From assembly GCA_038252165.1 (NCBI GenBank), contig JBBSAP010000001.1, positions 129,530 through 193,529 of the forward strand: a DNA stretch of 64,000 nt, given 5' to 3'. The notes under the pieces are model-generated. The model was not told where the DNA came from. It worked only from the letters and a program-made list of their open reading frames with translations, and ran no database searches. This document shows positions 1 through 7,247 of the stretch, piece after piece (positions within the stretch are counted from its first letter, which is position 1; each line of letters starts with the position of its first letter). Position numbers and translations under genes: made by a program. Origin of the DNA: Bacteroidales bacterium (GTDB lineage Bacteria > Bacteroidota > Bacteroidia > Bacteroidales > VadinHA17).

Positions 1-1008
1 AAACCGGCTTAAATGCAAATAGGCTGTTGAATAAACGCTATTGTGAACTATCCTTACCATTCTTCCTGATCCTCCCTCATAACTGGTTTGGGTTACCCTT
101 CCATCACCAATTGAATAGACCGTTGTTCCTACGGGTGCAGCATAATCAACACCATAATGAGGTCTGCGGATCCTGAGGATCGGATGCAACCTGCTTCCGG
201 AAAAGCGCGAAGAAACGCGCGAAAACTGCAGGGGAGCCTTAAGAAAAGCCTTCCGCAGGGAATTGCCTTCTCCATCAAAGAAGCTCTCCTTGCCGTCCTG
301 GATGAAAGGTACGGCATAAATTGAGGAACCAGAACCCGAGAATTGTGCACCGTATATCTTCCCGACGCCAAGCGGCTTTTCATCAATCGACATCTCTTCA
401 TAAACGACTTTGAAGCTATCGCCCTTCTGCAGTCCGAAGAAATCGATACTCCAGGCAAATATGTCGGATAATTTCCCAACCAGTGATGGTTGTAACCCTC
501 CGGCAATCATTGCGTCCCAGAGTGAGGTCTCGATAGTTGCAGAGGCATATTTAATTACCTTTTTGATCTCCTTCCTGTAAGGTGTGATATTAAGGGAATC
601 GTTAAAACTGAATACATAGCAGGTGGTCGGATCATGTTCATAAACCAGGTAGCTGGCCCGGGCGGTGCTGTCTTTTTTGCAAAAAAGTGTATAATTATTT
701 CCTGACCTTATTCTCCTTACGTCAAAAACTGTAACCGAATTCTTCAGCACCTTATCAATCTCTTCCATTGTCACTCCATGTTCGATGAGAATCTGCGAGA
801 TAAATCCATTTCGTTTGATATGACCTGTGAGCAAACTGAATGAATCGGAGGGTATCCCGTACATGAAAACCGTAGTGTCGGGTTTGTTGATGGCTGCAGT
901 ATCAGGCATTTCAGATACCGATGGTAAACTCAACGTAACTGAATTTTTGCATGAACCTGCTAAAAGAATTAATGAACTTAAGATCAATATTGTTAATCGA
1001 AATAACAT
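1..1008 (-). CDS. M23 family metallopeptidase, probable lipoprotein (3' end lies beyond the left edge of the window)
   Basis: Absent from the ORF track because no stop lies in the window. The minus-strand frame from ATG 1008 is open for all 336 codons down to base 1 (checked triplet by triplet). It starts MLFRLTILILSSLILLAGSCKN (signal peptide plus lipobox Cys). It contains RRPHYGVDYAAPVGTTVYSIGDG, the HxGxD/PxGT core typical of peptidase M23. Confidence 0.75.
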   Translation of the reverse strand, partial: MLFRLTILILSSLILLAGSCKNSVTLSLPSVSEMPDTAAINKPDTTVFMYGIPSDSFSLLTGHIKRNGFISQILIEHGVTMEEIDKVLKNSVTVFDVRRIRSGNNYTLFCKKDSTARASYLVYEHDPTTCYVFSFNDSLNITPYRKEIKKVIKYASATIETSLWDAMIAGGLQPSLVGKLSDIFAWSIDFFGLQKGDSFKVVYEEMSIDEKPLGVGKIYGAQFSGSGSSIYAVPFIQDGKESFFDGEGNSLRKAFLKAPLQFSRVSSRFSGSRLHPILRIRRPHYGVDYAAPVGTTVYSIGDGRVTQTSYEGGSGRMVRIVHNSVYSTAYLHLSRF

Positions 1009-1036
1009 TAGTGTATTTCTGATTTTATTTTATACT

Positions 1037-1132
1037 CTTTTATTTAATCCAAAAACCCCCTTTCCTTTTTCCCCCAGGGGGGAAAAGCCCTAAACTGCTC
1101 CTTCCCCCGTGGGGGAAGGTTGGGAAGGGGGT
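1037..1132 (+). repeat. C5/G5 nested-hairpin intergenic element, copy A (between leuS stop and M23 peptidase start)
   Basis: Outer stem ACCCCCTTTCC (1055-1065) / GGGAAGGGGGT (1122-1132) encloses two hairpins: TTTTCCCCC..GGGGGAAAA (1067-1086) and CCTTCCCCC..GGGGGAAGG (1100-1119). The leader CTTTTATTTAATC (1037-1049) and the overall sequence are shared with 3817-3906. Read on the minus strand it follows the leuS stop and ends GGGGGTTTTT, so it may double as the leuS terminator. Confidence 0.8.
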
Positions 1133-1137
1133 ATAAA

Positions 1138-3798
1138 TTATTTAATTACAACATTAACGATTTTCCCGGGAACTACAATTATATTCGACGGTATCGATGA
1201 TCCTATCCATTTGGATGATCTTTCATCTGCCATTACCGCTTTGATGATATCTTCCCTGTCCATATCGGCAGGAAGCCCGATTTTGAACCTCATTTTCCCG
1301 TTGAATGAAACCGGATAATCGAAAACATCTACTTTCAGATATTCGCCGATAACTTCAGGCCATGGTTCATATGCGAGCGTCTTGTCATGTCCCAGTAATT
1401 GCCATAACTCCTCGGCCAGGTGAGGAGCAAAAGGTGACAGTATCAAAGTGAAACAGCATGCAGTTTCTCTGGTTACCTTCCCTTTTTTATATGCAAGGTT
1501 CAGGAAGATCATCATTTCTGAGATCGCAGTGTTGAGCTTGAGTGTCTCAATATCCTCCCCGGTTTTTTTAATGGTCTTGTGAAGACCTTTCAGGATCTCA
1601 ATATCCTCTGGTCCGTCAGTTATATTATCACGATTTGAAAAGAACCTGAAGGATCTTCCGATGAAATTGAAAACTCCCTTGACATTCCTGTCATCCCATG
1701 GTTTCATGACATCAAGTGGACCCATGAACATCTCATACAGCCTTAGCGAATCAGCCCCATACTTTTCTGTAACATCGTCGGGGTTTACAACATTTTTAAG
1801 CGACTTTGACATCTTGGCCACTATCTGCCTGACTTCTGTTCCATTTTCTTTATTATAGAATTTACCGTCTCTTTCTTCTATCTGATCTGCAGGCACTTTT
1901 GCTCCGGATTCATTTTCGTAAGCGAAAGCCAGGATCATTCCCTGGTTAAATAGTCTCTGGTATGGTTCGTCAGTAGAAGCAATTCCCAGGTCAAACAGCA
2001 CCTTGTGCCAGAAACGGCTGTAAAGCAGATGAAGTACTGCATGTTCTGCGCCACCGATATAAAGGTCGACTGGCATCCAGTATTTTTCTTTCTCTTTGTC
2101 GAATATTACATTATCATTCCCGGGATCGATAAATCGCAGATAGTACCAGCACGATCCGGCCCATTGAGGCATAGTGTTGGTCTCTCTTCTTCCCTTTCGC
2201 CCGTTCTTGTCAACCACATTCAGCCAGCTGCCGGCATTGGCAAGAGGTGATTCCCCCGATTCGCCAGGCAGGTATTTTTCGAGCGGAGGCAGTTCAAGAG
2301 GTAATTCCTTCTCATCAATAACAGTAATCTCACCATCCTCCCAATGAATTACAGGGAAAGGCTCTCCCCAGTAACGCTGCCGGCTGAAAAGCCAGTCGCG
2401 AAGCTTGTAATTGACTTTTGCCCTGCCAAGGTTGCCTGACTCGAGCCATTCTGTTATCTTTTGTATCCCTGCTTCCTTGTTAAGTCCATTAATATCAATA
2501 CCAGTATTATAGTCTGAAGAATTGATATATTTACCGTCTTCGGTCCAGCATTCAATGCCTTTGATTATCCTTAGTCTCTGTCCGGGTTCTTGTACATCAG
2601 GATCCTGGATACAGACAACAGGCAGGTTGAATTTCTCCGCGAACTCAAAGTCCCTGGTATCATGCGCAGGAACTGCCATAATAGCGCCTGTGCCATATCC
2701 GGTAAGGACATAATCGGCGATCCATATTGGTATTTTTTTATTATTTACAGGATTGATGGCATATCTTCCCGTGAATACGCCGGTTTTATCCTTTGCAAGA
2801 TCGGTCCTGTCGAGATCCGATTTAAGGGCTGAAAGCTTTATATATTCATTTACCTGTTTCCGGCATTCTTCTGTTGTTATTTTATTAACAATCAGATGTT
2901 CAGGAGCTATGACCATGTAGGTAGCTCCAAAAAGAGTATCAGGTCTTGTTGTGAATACAGTAAGGGTATCATCAAGTCCCTCTATTTTGAAATCGACTTC
3001 AGCGCCTGTCGACCGTCCGATCCAGTTCCGCTGCATATCCTTGATACCCTCAGGCCAGCTCAGATCGTCAATGCCTTTCAGAAGCCTTTCGGCATAAAGC
3101 GGGATCCTCAACATCCATTGTTTCAGTTTCTTTTTCTCGACTATATTTCCGCATTTCTCGTGCGATCCGTCGTTCAGTACCTCCTCGTTTGCACAGACTA
3201 TCCGGCAGCTTGGGCACCACCATACCTGTGCATTATCATAGTATGCAAGTCTCTTTGAATCAACGTATTTCCGTATTTCATTATTACCGGAACCCGCAAT
3301 ACCTTCAGGTAGTTCGAGTTCTGATACAGGTCGTCCCTTCTGAAGATTTTCGTCGAACCATGTATTATAAAGCTGGATGAAGATCCACTGTGTCCATCTG
3401 AAATATTTTGGATCTGTCGTGTTTATTTCCTTTTCCCAGTCGTAGCTGAGGCCGAGTCCCTTTATCTGTCTCCTGAAAGTGTCGCAATTGTTTTTTGTAG
3501 TAACGGAAGGATGTGTTCCGGTCTGGATGGCATATTGTTCGGCAGGAAGTCCGAATGCATCCCATCCCATGGGGTGAAGGACATTGAATCCGTTCATCCG
3601 TTTAAATCTTGTATAGATATCTGTTGCAGTATATCCTTCAGGATGACCAACATGCAGTCCTGCACCAGAAGGGTAGGGGAACATATCGAGAACGTAGCAT
3701 TTTTTGGGATTGGTAAGGTCTTCAGGAGTTTTGAAGGTTTTATTTTCCTCCCAGTATTGCTGCCATTTTTTTTCGATCGTTTTGAAATTGTAATCCAT
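1138..3798 (-). CDS. leuS: leucine--tRNA ligase
   Basis: 886-aa ORF. Class I aaRS HIGH motif ([10 protein letters not shown]) and KMSKS motif ([10 protein letters not shown]). Length and CP1 insertion are typical of bacterial LeuRS. Confidence 0.97.
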   Translation of the reverse strand: MDYNFKTIEKKWQQYWEENKTFKTPEDLTNPKKCYVLDMFPYPSGAGLHVGHPEGYTATDIYTRFKRMNGFNVLHPMGWDAFGLPAEQYAIQTGTHPSVTTKNNCDTFRRQIKGLGLSYDWEKEINTTDPKYFRWTQWIFIQLYNTWFDENLQKGRPVSELELPEGIAGSGNNEIRKYVDSKRLAYYDNAQVWWCPSCRIVCANEEVLNDGSHEKCGNIVEKKKLKQWMLRIPLYAERLLKGIDDLSWPEGIKDMQRNWIGRSTGAEVDFKIEGLDDTLTVFTTRPDTLFGATYMVIAPEHLIVNKITTEECRKQVNEYIKLSALKSDLDRTDLAKDKTGVFTGRYAINPVNNKKIPIWIADYVLTGYGTGAIMAVPAHDTRDFEFAEKFNLPVVCIQDPDVQEPGQRLRIIKGIECWTEDGKYINSSDYNTGIDINGLNKEAGIQKITEWLESGNLGRAKVNYKLRDWLFSRQRYWGEPFPVIHWEDGEITVIDEKELPLELPPLEKYLPGESGESPLANAGSWLNVVDKNGRKGRRETNTMPQWAGSCWYYLRFIDPGNDNVIFDKEKEKYWMPVDLYIGGAEHAVLHLLYSRFWHKVLFDLGIASTDEPYQRLFNQGMILAFAYENESGAKVPADQIEERDGKFYNKENGTEVRQIVAKMSKSLKNVVNPDDVTEKYGADSLRLYEMFMGPLDVMKPWDDRNVKGVFNFIGRSFRFFSNRDNITDGPEDIEILKGLHKTIKKTGEDIETLKLNTAISEMMIFLNLAYKKGKVTRETACCFTLILSPFAPHLAEELWQLLGHDKTLAYEPWPEVIGEYLKVDVFDYPVSFNGKMRFKIGLPADMDREDIIKAVMADERSSKWIGSSIPSNIIVVPGKIVNVVIK

Positions 3799-3816
3799 AT
3801 TTTAAATACTAGATTC

Positions 3817-3906
3817 CTTTTATTTAATCACCCCCTTTCTGGTTTCCCCCAAGGGGGAAATGCTTTTTATTCTCCTTCCCTATAGGGGGAAGGTTGGGAA
3901 GGGGGT
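3817..3906 (+). repeat. C5/G5 nested-hairpin intergenic element, copy B (upstream of leuS start)
   Basis: Same leader CTTTTATTTAATC (3817-3829). Outer stem ACCCCCTTTC (3830-3839) / GGGAAGGGGGT (3896-3906). Inner hairpins TTTCCCCC-AA-GGGGGAAA (3843-3860) and CCTTCCC..GGGAAGG (3874-3893). Same orientation as copy A, and roughly four fifths of positions identical by eye. Confidence 0.8.
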
Positions 3907-3987
3907 CTCAAAAAACAAAATCAGGATTATCCTAATTACTTTGGAGTGCGAAAATAGAAAAACTTTGGCATAAATCCTTTTATAACC

Positions 3988-4086
3988 GCAAAGGTCGCAA
4001 AGATTTTAAGCAAAGGTCGCTAAGAAATATCTGGAACACTTTGTGTACTTTGCGATCCATAGTACTCGGGATTGGCGGTCTTTGCC
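3988..4086. repeat. GCAAAG-word repeats (two direct, two inverted copies) in a non-coding spacer
   Basis: GCAAAGGTCGC at 3988-3998 and 4010-4020 (22-nt spacing). Inverted GCAAAG at 4048-4053. Inverted GGCAAAGACCGCC at 4074-4086. Confidence 0.6.
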
Positions 4087-4123
4087 TTAAAATAAAGTAT
4101 TTCACAATTCTCTCGAATAAGTT

Positions 4124-4152
4124 GTAAAACCGCTCTAATGGTTTTACTTTTG
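4124..4152 (+). terminator. terminator-like hairpin upstream of the tRNA locus
   Basis: GTAAAACC (4124-4131) / GGTTTTAC (4140-4147), an 8-bp perfect stem followed by TTTTG. No upstream plus-strand CDS is visible, so what it terminates is unknown. Confidence 0.3.
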
Positions 4153-4162
4153 TCAGGAAGAA

Positions 4163-4239
4163 GGTCCCTTAGTTCAATGGATACCTGCCCCGCCTTCAAG
4201 CGGGGGAATGGCAGATTCCATTGGATAGTTGAAAAGATT
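4163..4239 (+). pseudogene. tRNA-Arg 5'-half duplicate interrupted by a 22-nt GC hairpin (non-functional tRNA fragment)
   Basis: GGTCCCTTAGTTCAATGGATA plus GAATGGCAGATTCC match nt 1-35 of the adjacent tRNA-Arg at 34/35 positions. They are split by CCTGCCCCGCCTTCAAGCGGGG (4184-4205). No T arm or 3' acceptor strand follows. Confidence 0.55.
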
Positions 4240-4312
4240 GGTCCCGTAGTTCAATGGATAGAATGGCAGATTCCGGTTCTGTTGGTTGGGCGTTCGAGTC
4301 GCCCCGGGATCA
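4240..4312 (+). tRNA. tRNA-Arg (anticodon CCG)
   Basis: 73-nt cloverleaf folded by hand. Acceptor GGTCCCG/CGGGATC (one G-U). D arm GTTC-AATGGATA-GAAT. Anticodon arm GCAGA-TTCCGGT-TCTGT. 5-nt variable loop. T arm GGGCG-TTCGAGT-CGCCC. Discriminator A. CCA is not encoded. Confidence 0.93.
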
Positions 4313-4314
4313 CA

Positions 4315-4336
4315 AATGGCGCCCCAGGGCGCCATT
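4315..4336. terminator. bidirectional intrinsic terminator (tRNA-Arg on +, HD-domain gene on -)
   Basis: AATGGCGCC-CCAG-GGCGCCATT, a 9-bp perfect stem, followed by ATTTCTTTTC on the plus strand. It overlaps the stop codon of the convergent 4335-4904 ORF. Confidence 0.7.
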
Positions 4337-4904
4337 ATTTCTTTTCAGGTCCGTACCCTTCCATTATCTTCACCATTTTCCTTCTTCTCGCAACAAGATC
4401 GGTGAGTTCGATCAGCATATCTTTGCTGACTTCCATTGCCATTGGGATTACATATTTTTCTGTCTGGTCGAGGTAATCTGTTATCTTCTGATCGGAGTGC
4501 GTATCGCGGTGAAGATCAGTCAGATTTGAGATCCTGTCAGCGCACTTAAGAAGTTTTGCCCTGCGCGATCCTTGTTCAAGAATTCTTTTGAGATAGTCTG
4601 CCTTTGGCATTTCCTCAGGCCTTGTAACTTCCTTAACCAGATCAAGGACCTGATCTGCCTGTCCGTCGATGATCCGGATTTCAAATTCATTGGTTTCAGG
4701 AATATCTTCCAGCAGGTCGTGGATAACAGAGGCCTTAAGAAGGACATAATCATCGAAAAGCTTGTAATCGAGAAGTATTGCCATGGTTGCCATGGAATGC
4801 CTGAACTGGTTTCCTCCAACGCCTCTTTCTTTGCCTATAAGGGCTGTGGCTTTAATAATATAGGGAGCAAGAACAAGGTCTTTCAATTTTTCTTCAGCTG
4901 TCAT
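4335..4904 (-). CDS. HD-domain phosphohydrolase, RelA/SpoT-hydrolase-like (candidate small alarmone hydrolase)
   Basis: 189 aa. Has H...HD...ED metal-ligand spacing (RHSMATMAILLD ... SVIHDLLEDIPE) as in the (p)ppGpp hydrolase HD domain. No synthetase domain is present. Confidence 0.55.
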   Translation of the reverse strand: MTAEEKLKDLVLAPYIIKATALIGKERGVGGNQFRHSMATMAILLDYKLFDDYVLLKASVIHDLLEDIPETNEFEIRIIDGQADQVLDLVKEVTRPEEMPKADYLKRILEQGSRRAKLLKCADRISNLTDLHRDTHSDQKITDYLDQTEKYVIPMAMEVSKDMLIELTDLVARRRKMVKIMEGYGPEKK

Positions 4905-5021
4905 ACCTAAAGGATGCTTGTCAGTAAAATTAGCTGGATTATAACCTTTCTAAACAAAATGAGACATATTTTTACAACCCGGCTAAACGGATGACTTATT
5001 TCTACAAATATCTTCATATTT

Positions 5022-5588
5022 CTACTTTCTCAGCATCTCAATCATTTCAGTCACCGCCTCTGCATCTGCAACCTCCCTTACCGGCGATAATCCGGCCAGC
5101 GCTCTTGCGGCATTAAGATCATCATCTGAAACATAATCCTTCCCAAAGATAATGATATAAAGGATTGCCGATTTAAGAGTATTGGATTTGACCCGGAACG
5201 AATGAGGACTTGTCCGCGCAGGAAAAATATGCACATACCTGGTTTCGTGGTCATGGTATTTCAGCATCCATTGCGAACTGTCTGATAAAGTGATTATCCT
5301 GTAATTATTGAAATCAGTTCCGATCCATTTTTTATAAATAGAGCTCTCCCTGATATTGTTGTTTTTTAAAAATTCAATAACCTCTGTAAAGATAGTTTCC
5401 TGCGACAGATCGCCGGTATAAATATCCATAACGGATGTTCCAAGATGCTTCAGCTCCCTTGAAAGTTCCTTCAACCTCTGATCATTGAGAGCCAAAGCAC
5501 GACCGCTTACAAAATCCCTGATAAAAGGGAGGTAATGCTTAAGGGGATTAAACAGCAATGGCTCTGGAATATGAACTCCTTGATCCAT
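5022..5588 (-). CDS. hypothetical protein (no family recognised)
   Basis: 188-aa ORF with ordinary composition that fills the gap between neighbouring features. I recognise no motif. Confidence 0.5.
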   Translation of the reverse strand: MDQGVHIPEPLLFNPLKHYLPFIRDFVSGRALALNDQRLKELSRELKHLGTSVMDIYTGDLSQETIFTEVIEFLKNNNIRESSIYKKWIGTDFNNYRIITLSDSSQWMLKYHDHETRYVHIFPARTSPHSFRVKSNTLKSAILYIIIFGKDYVSDDDLNAARALAGLSPVREVADAEAVTEMIEMLRK

Positions 5589-5620
5589 AAGGAAAAGTTG
5601 TTATGTTAAATCACAAAGCC

Positions 5621-5743
5621 TATCTCGTACCTCGTACCCCGTATCTCGTACCTCGTACCCCGTATCTCGTACCTCGTACCCCGTATCTCGTACCTCGTAC
5701 CCCGTATCTCGTACCTCGTACCCCGTATCTCGTACCTCGTACC
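5621..5743. repeat. perfect 21-bp tandem repeat, 5 full copies plus 18 nt
   Basis: Unit TATCTCGTACCTCGTACCCCG starts at 5621, 5642, 5663, 5684 and 5705, with a partial copy at 5726-5743. There are no substitutions. The unit contains the sub-repeat TCGTACC twice. Confidence 0.97.
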
Positions 5744-5856
5744 GATGAGTTAAAATACTTATTCTGCCTGATAAAACAAAATTTTCTGTCACCGCTGACT
5801 TTTACCGGGAATAATTTAACTTTATAAAGTCGAAACATGATCAAAAGAGATTCAAC

Positions 5857-7113
5857 ATGTCAAAACCATCAAGGGAAAACTTCAGGAAGACAGTAAATCA
5901 TCAGCAGCCTGACAGGGTTGTTGTTGATTTTGGTTCATCTCCGGTTACGGGTATACATGCAGTGATAGTCGAAAAACTTCGTGAATACTACGGACTTGAA
6001 AAAAAACCTGTGAAGATAATTGAGCCCTATCAGATGCTGGGCGAACTGGATGCTGATCTAATCAGGGAGATGAATATCGATGTTATCGGGATTGGAGGTG
6101 AAAAGAATATGTTCGGGATCGCGAATAAAGACTGGAAGGTGCATAAGACTTTCTGGGGTCAGGAGGTTCTGTTCCCCGGGGAATTCAATTACACCTTTAA
6201 CGATAACGGAGACATTTTCATACACCCGGAGGGCGATACTTCAGTGCGTGCAAGCGCCATGATGCCGAAAACAGGTTATTTTTTTGATGCGATTGAAAGA
6301 CAGGGACCTATTGACGATTCAGCGCTGAAAATTGAGGATAACATGGAAGAATTCGGCCGTGTAACTGATCAGGATCTCGCATTCTGGATTGAACAGGTCA
6401 GAACAACCATTGACTCGGGCAAAGCTGTACTGGCTAACCTTGGAGGTACTGCCCTCGGAGATATTGCGCTTGTTCCGGCAGTTCAGCTGAAAGATCCCAA
6501 AGGAATCAGGGGAGTCGCCGAATGGTATATTTCAACTTTAACAAGAGAGGATTTTATTAAGGAAATATACGACAGGCAGACAGATATTGCAATTGAAAAT
6601 CTTAAGGACTTCTACAAAGTAATTGGGGACAAGATCGATGTGGTCTATATCTGCGGTGCAGATTTCGGTACGCAAAACTCAACATTTTGCTCTCCGGAGA
6701 CCTTTGCGAGGGTCTGGCTGCCATATTATAAGAAAGTAAATGACTGGATACATCAGAATACTGGCTGGAAAACTTTCAAGCATTCCTGCGGTTCCATTGT
6801 AACATTGCTCGATCTGTTTATTGAATCAGGATTTGATATAATTAATCCGGTCCAGATAAACGCTGCTGGCATGGATCCGAAAGAGCTTAAAAGAAGATTC
6901 GGGGACAGGATTGTTTTCTGGGGAGGCGGAGTAGATACTCAGGGTGTGTTCGCATTCGGAACTCCACAACAGGTAAAAGAGCAGGTTAAGCGGCAGTGCA
7001 GTATCCTGAATGAAAACGGTGGATTTGTGTTTAATACTGTCCATAATATTCAGGCTAATGTTCCATTCGAAAATGTAATTGCCATGCTGGAAGCATTGAA
7101 AGAAATCCATTAA
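5857..7113 (+). CDS. uroporphyrinogen decarboxylase (URO-D) family protein, MtaA/CmuA-like fold, function unknown
   Basis: 418 aa. The C-terminal block GGFVFNTVHNIQANVPFENVIAMLEAL resembles the HemE/URO-D C-terminus (G.IFN.GHGI...P.ENV). The match is judged from memory of the family only. Confidence 0.55.
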   Translation: MSKPSRENFRKTVNHQQPDRVVVDFGSSPVTGIHAVIVEKLREYYGLEKKPVKIIEPYQMLGELDADLIREMNIDVIGIGGEKNMFGIANKDWKVHKTFWGQEVLFPGEFNYTFNDNGDIFIHPEGDTSVRASAMMPKTGYFFDAIERQGPIDDSALKIEDNMEEFGRVTDQDLAFWIEQVRTTIDSGKAVLANLGGTALGDIALVPAVQLKDPKGIRGVAEWYISTLTREDFIKEIYDRQTDIAIENLKDFYKVIGDKIDVVYICGADFGTQNSTFCSPETFARVWLPYYKKVNDWIHQNTGWKTFKHSCGSIVTLLDLFIESGFDIINPVQINAAGMDPKELKRRFGDRIVFWGGGVDTQGVFAFGTPQQVKEQVKRQCSILNENGGFVFNTVHNIQANVPFENVIAMLEALKEIH

Positions 7114-7114
7114 A

Positions 7115-7230
7115 CACGGAGTAAGCACGGAGTTACACTGTTTTTATTACGTAATTACATTGTAATTACATGAAAAATACTCTATGACACTCCTTTTCAA
7201 CTCTGTGAAACTCTGTGAAAATCTGTGGTT
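7115..7230. repeat. three different short direct repeats / palindromes in the URO-D-MFS spacer (candidate operators)
   Basis: CACGGAGT at 7115 and 7126. GTAATTACAT at 7151 and 7162, each containing the palindrome GTAATTAC. CTCTGTGAAA at 7201 and 7211, plus TCTGTG at 7222. Periods are 10-11 nt. Confidence 0.7.
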
Positions 7231-7247
7231 AAGGACAAAATACTTAA

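Noticed and set aside
1122-1132. GGGAAGGG inside the hairpin elements matches the E. coli KOPS consensus GGGNAGGG. Copies A, B and D also share one orientation, hinting at a replication- or FtsK-oriented motif.
   Set aside because: Orientation can be assigned confidently for only three copies. The elements are largely self-complementary. The KOPS motif of Bacteroidota is not known to me. Three copies are too few to infer strand skew.
827-1318. ORFs 827-1093 (+) and 1109-1318 (+), e.g. MGEGWEGG...
   Set aside because: They run antisense to the M23 peptidase and leuS genes and across the hairpin element. They are typical spurious ORFs created by G/C-run repeats.
4163-4239. Possible tRNA-Sec (selC) or opal suppressor. 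The stretch starts GGAAGAAGG.., has a GC stem whose loop reads CTTCAA(G) (UCA in anticodon-like position), and has a second stem AATGG/CCATT that could be a long variable arm.
   Set aside because: The GC stem gives a 6- or 8-nt loop, never the obligatory 7. There is no T arm (no GTTCRA) and no 3' acceptor strand complementary to the 5' end. The flanks are simply a copy of tRNA-Arg nt 1-35.
5621-5743. CRISPR array or plasmid-type iterons / replication origin.
   Set aside because: The repeats are contiguous with no spacers, so this is not CRISPR. No DnaA-box cluster, AT-rich unwinding element, rep gene or dnaA/dnaN neighbourhood is present, so an origin reading has no support.
5601-5844. Three overlapping 63-74-aa ORFs encoding repetitive peptides (YEVRDTG.., PRTPYLV.., GTRYGVR..).
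   Set aside because: They are translations of the 21-bp tandem repeat in different frames and strands, with no independent coding signal.
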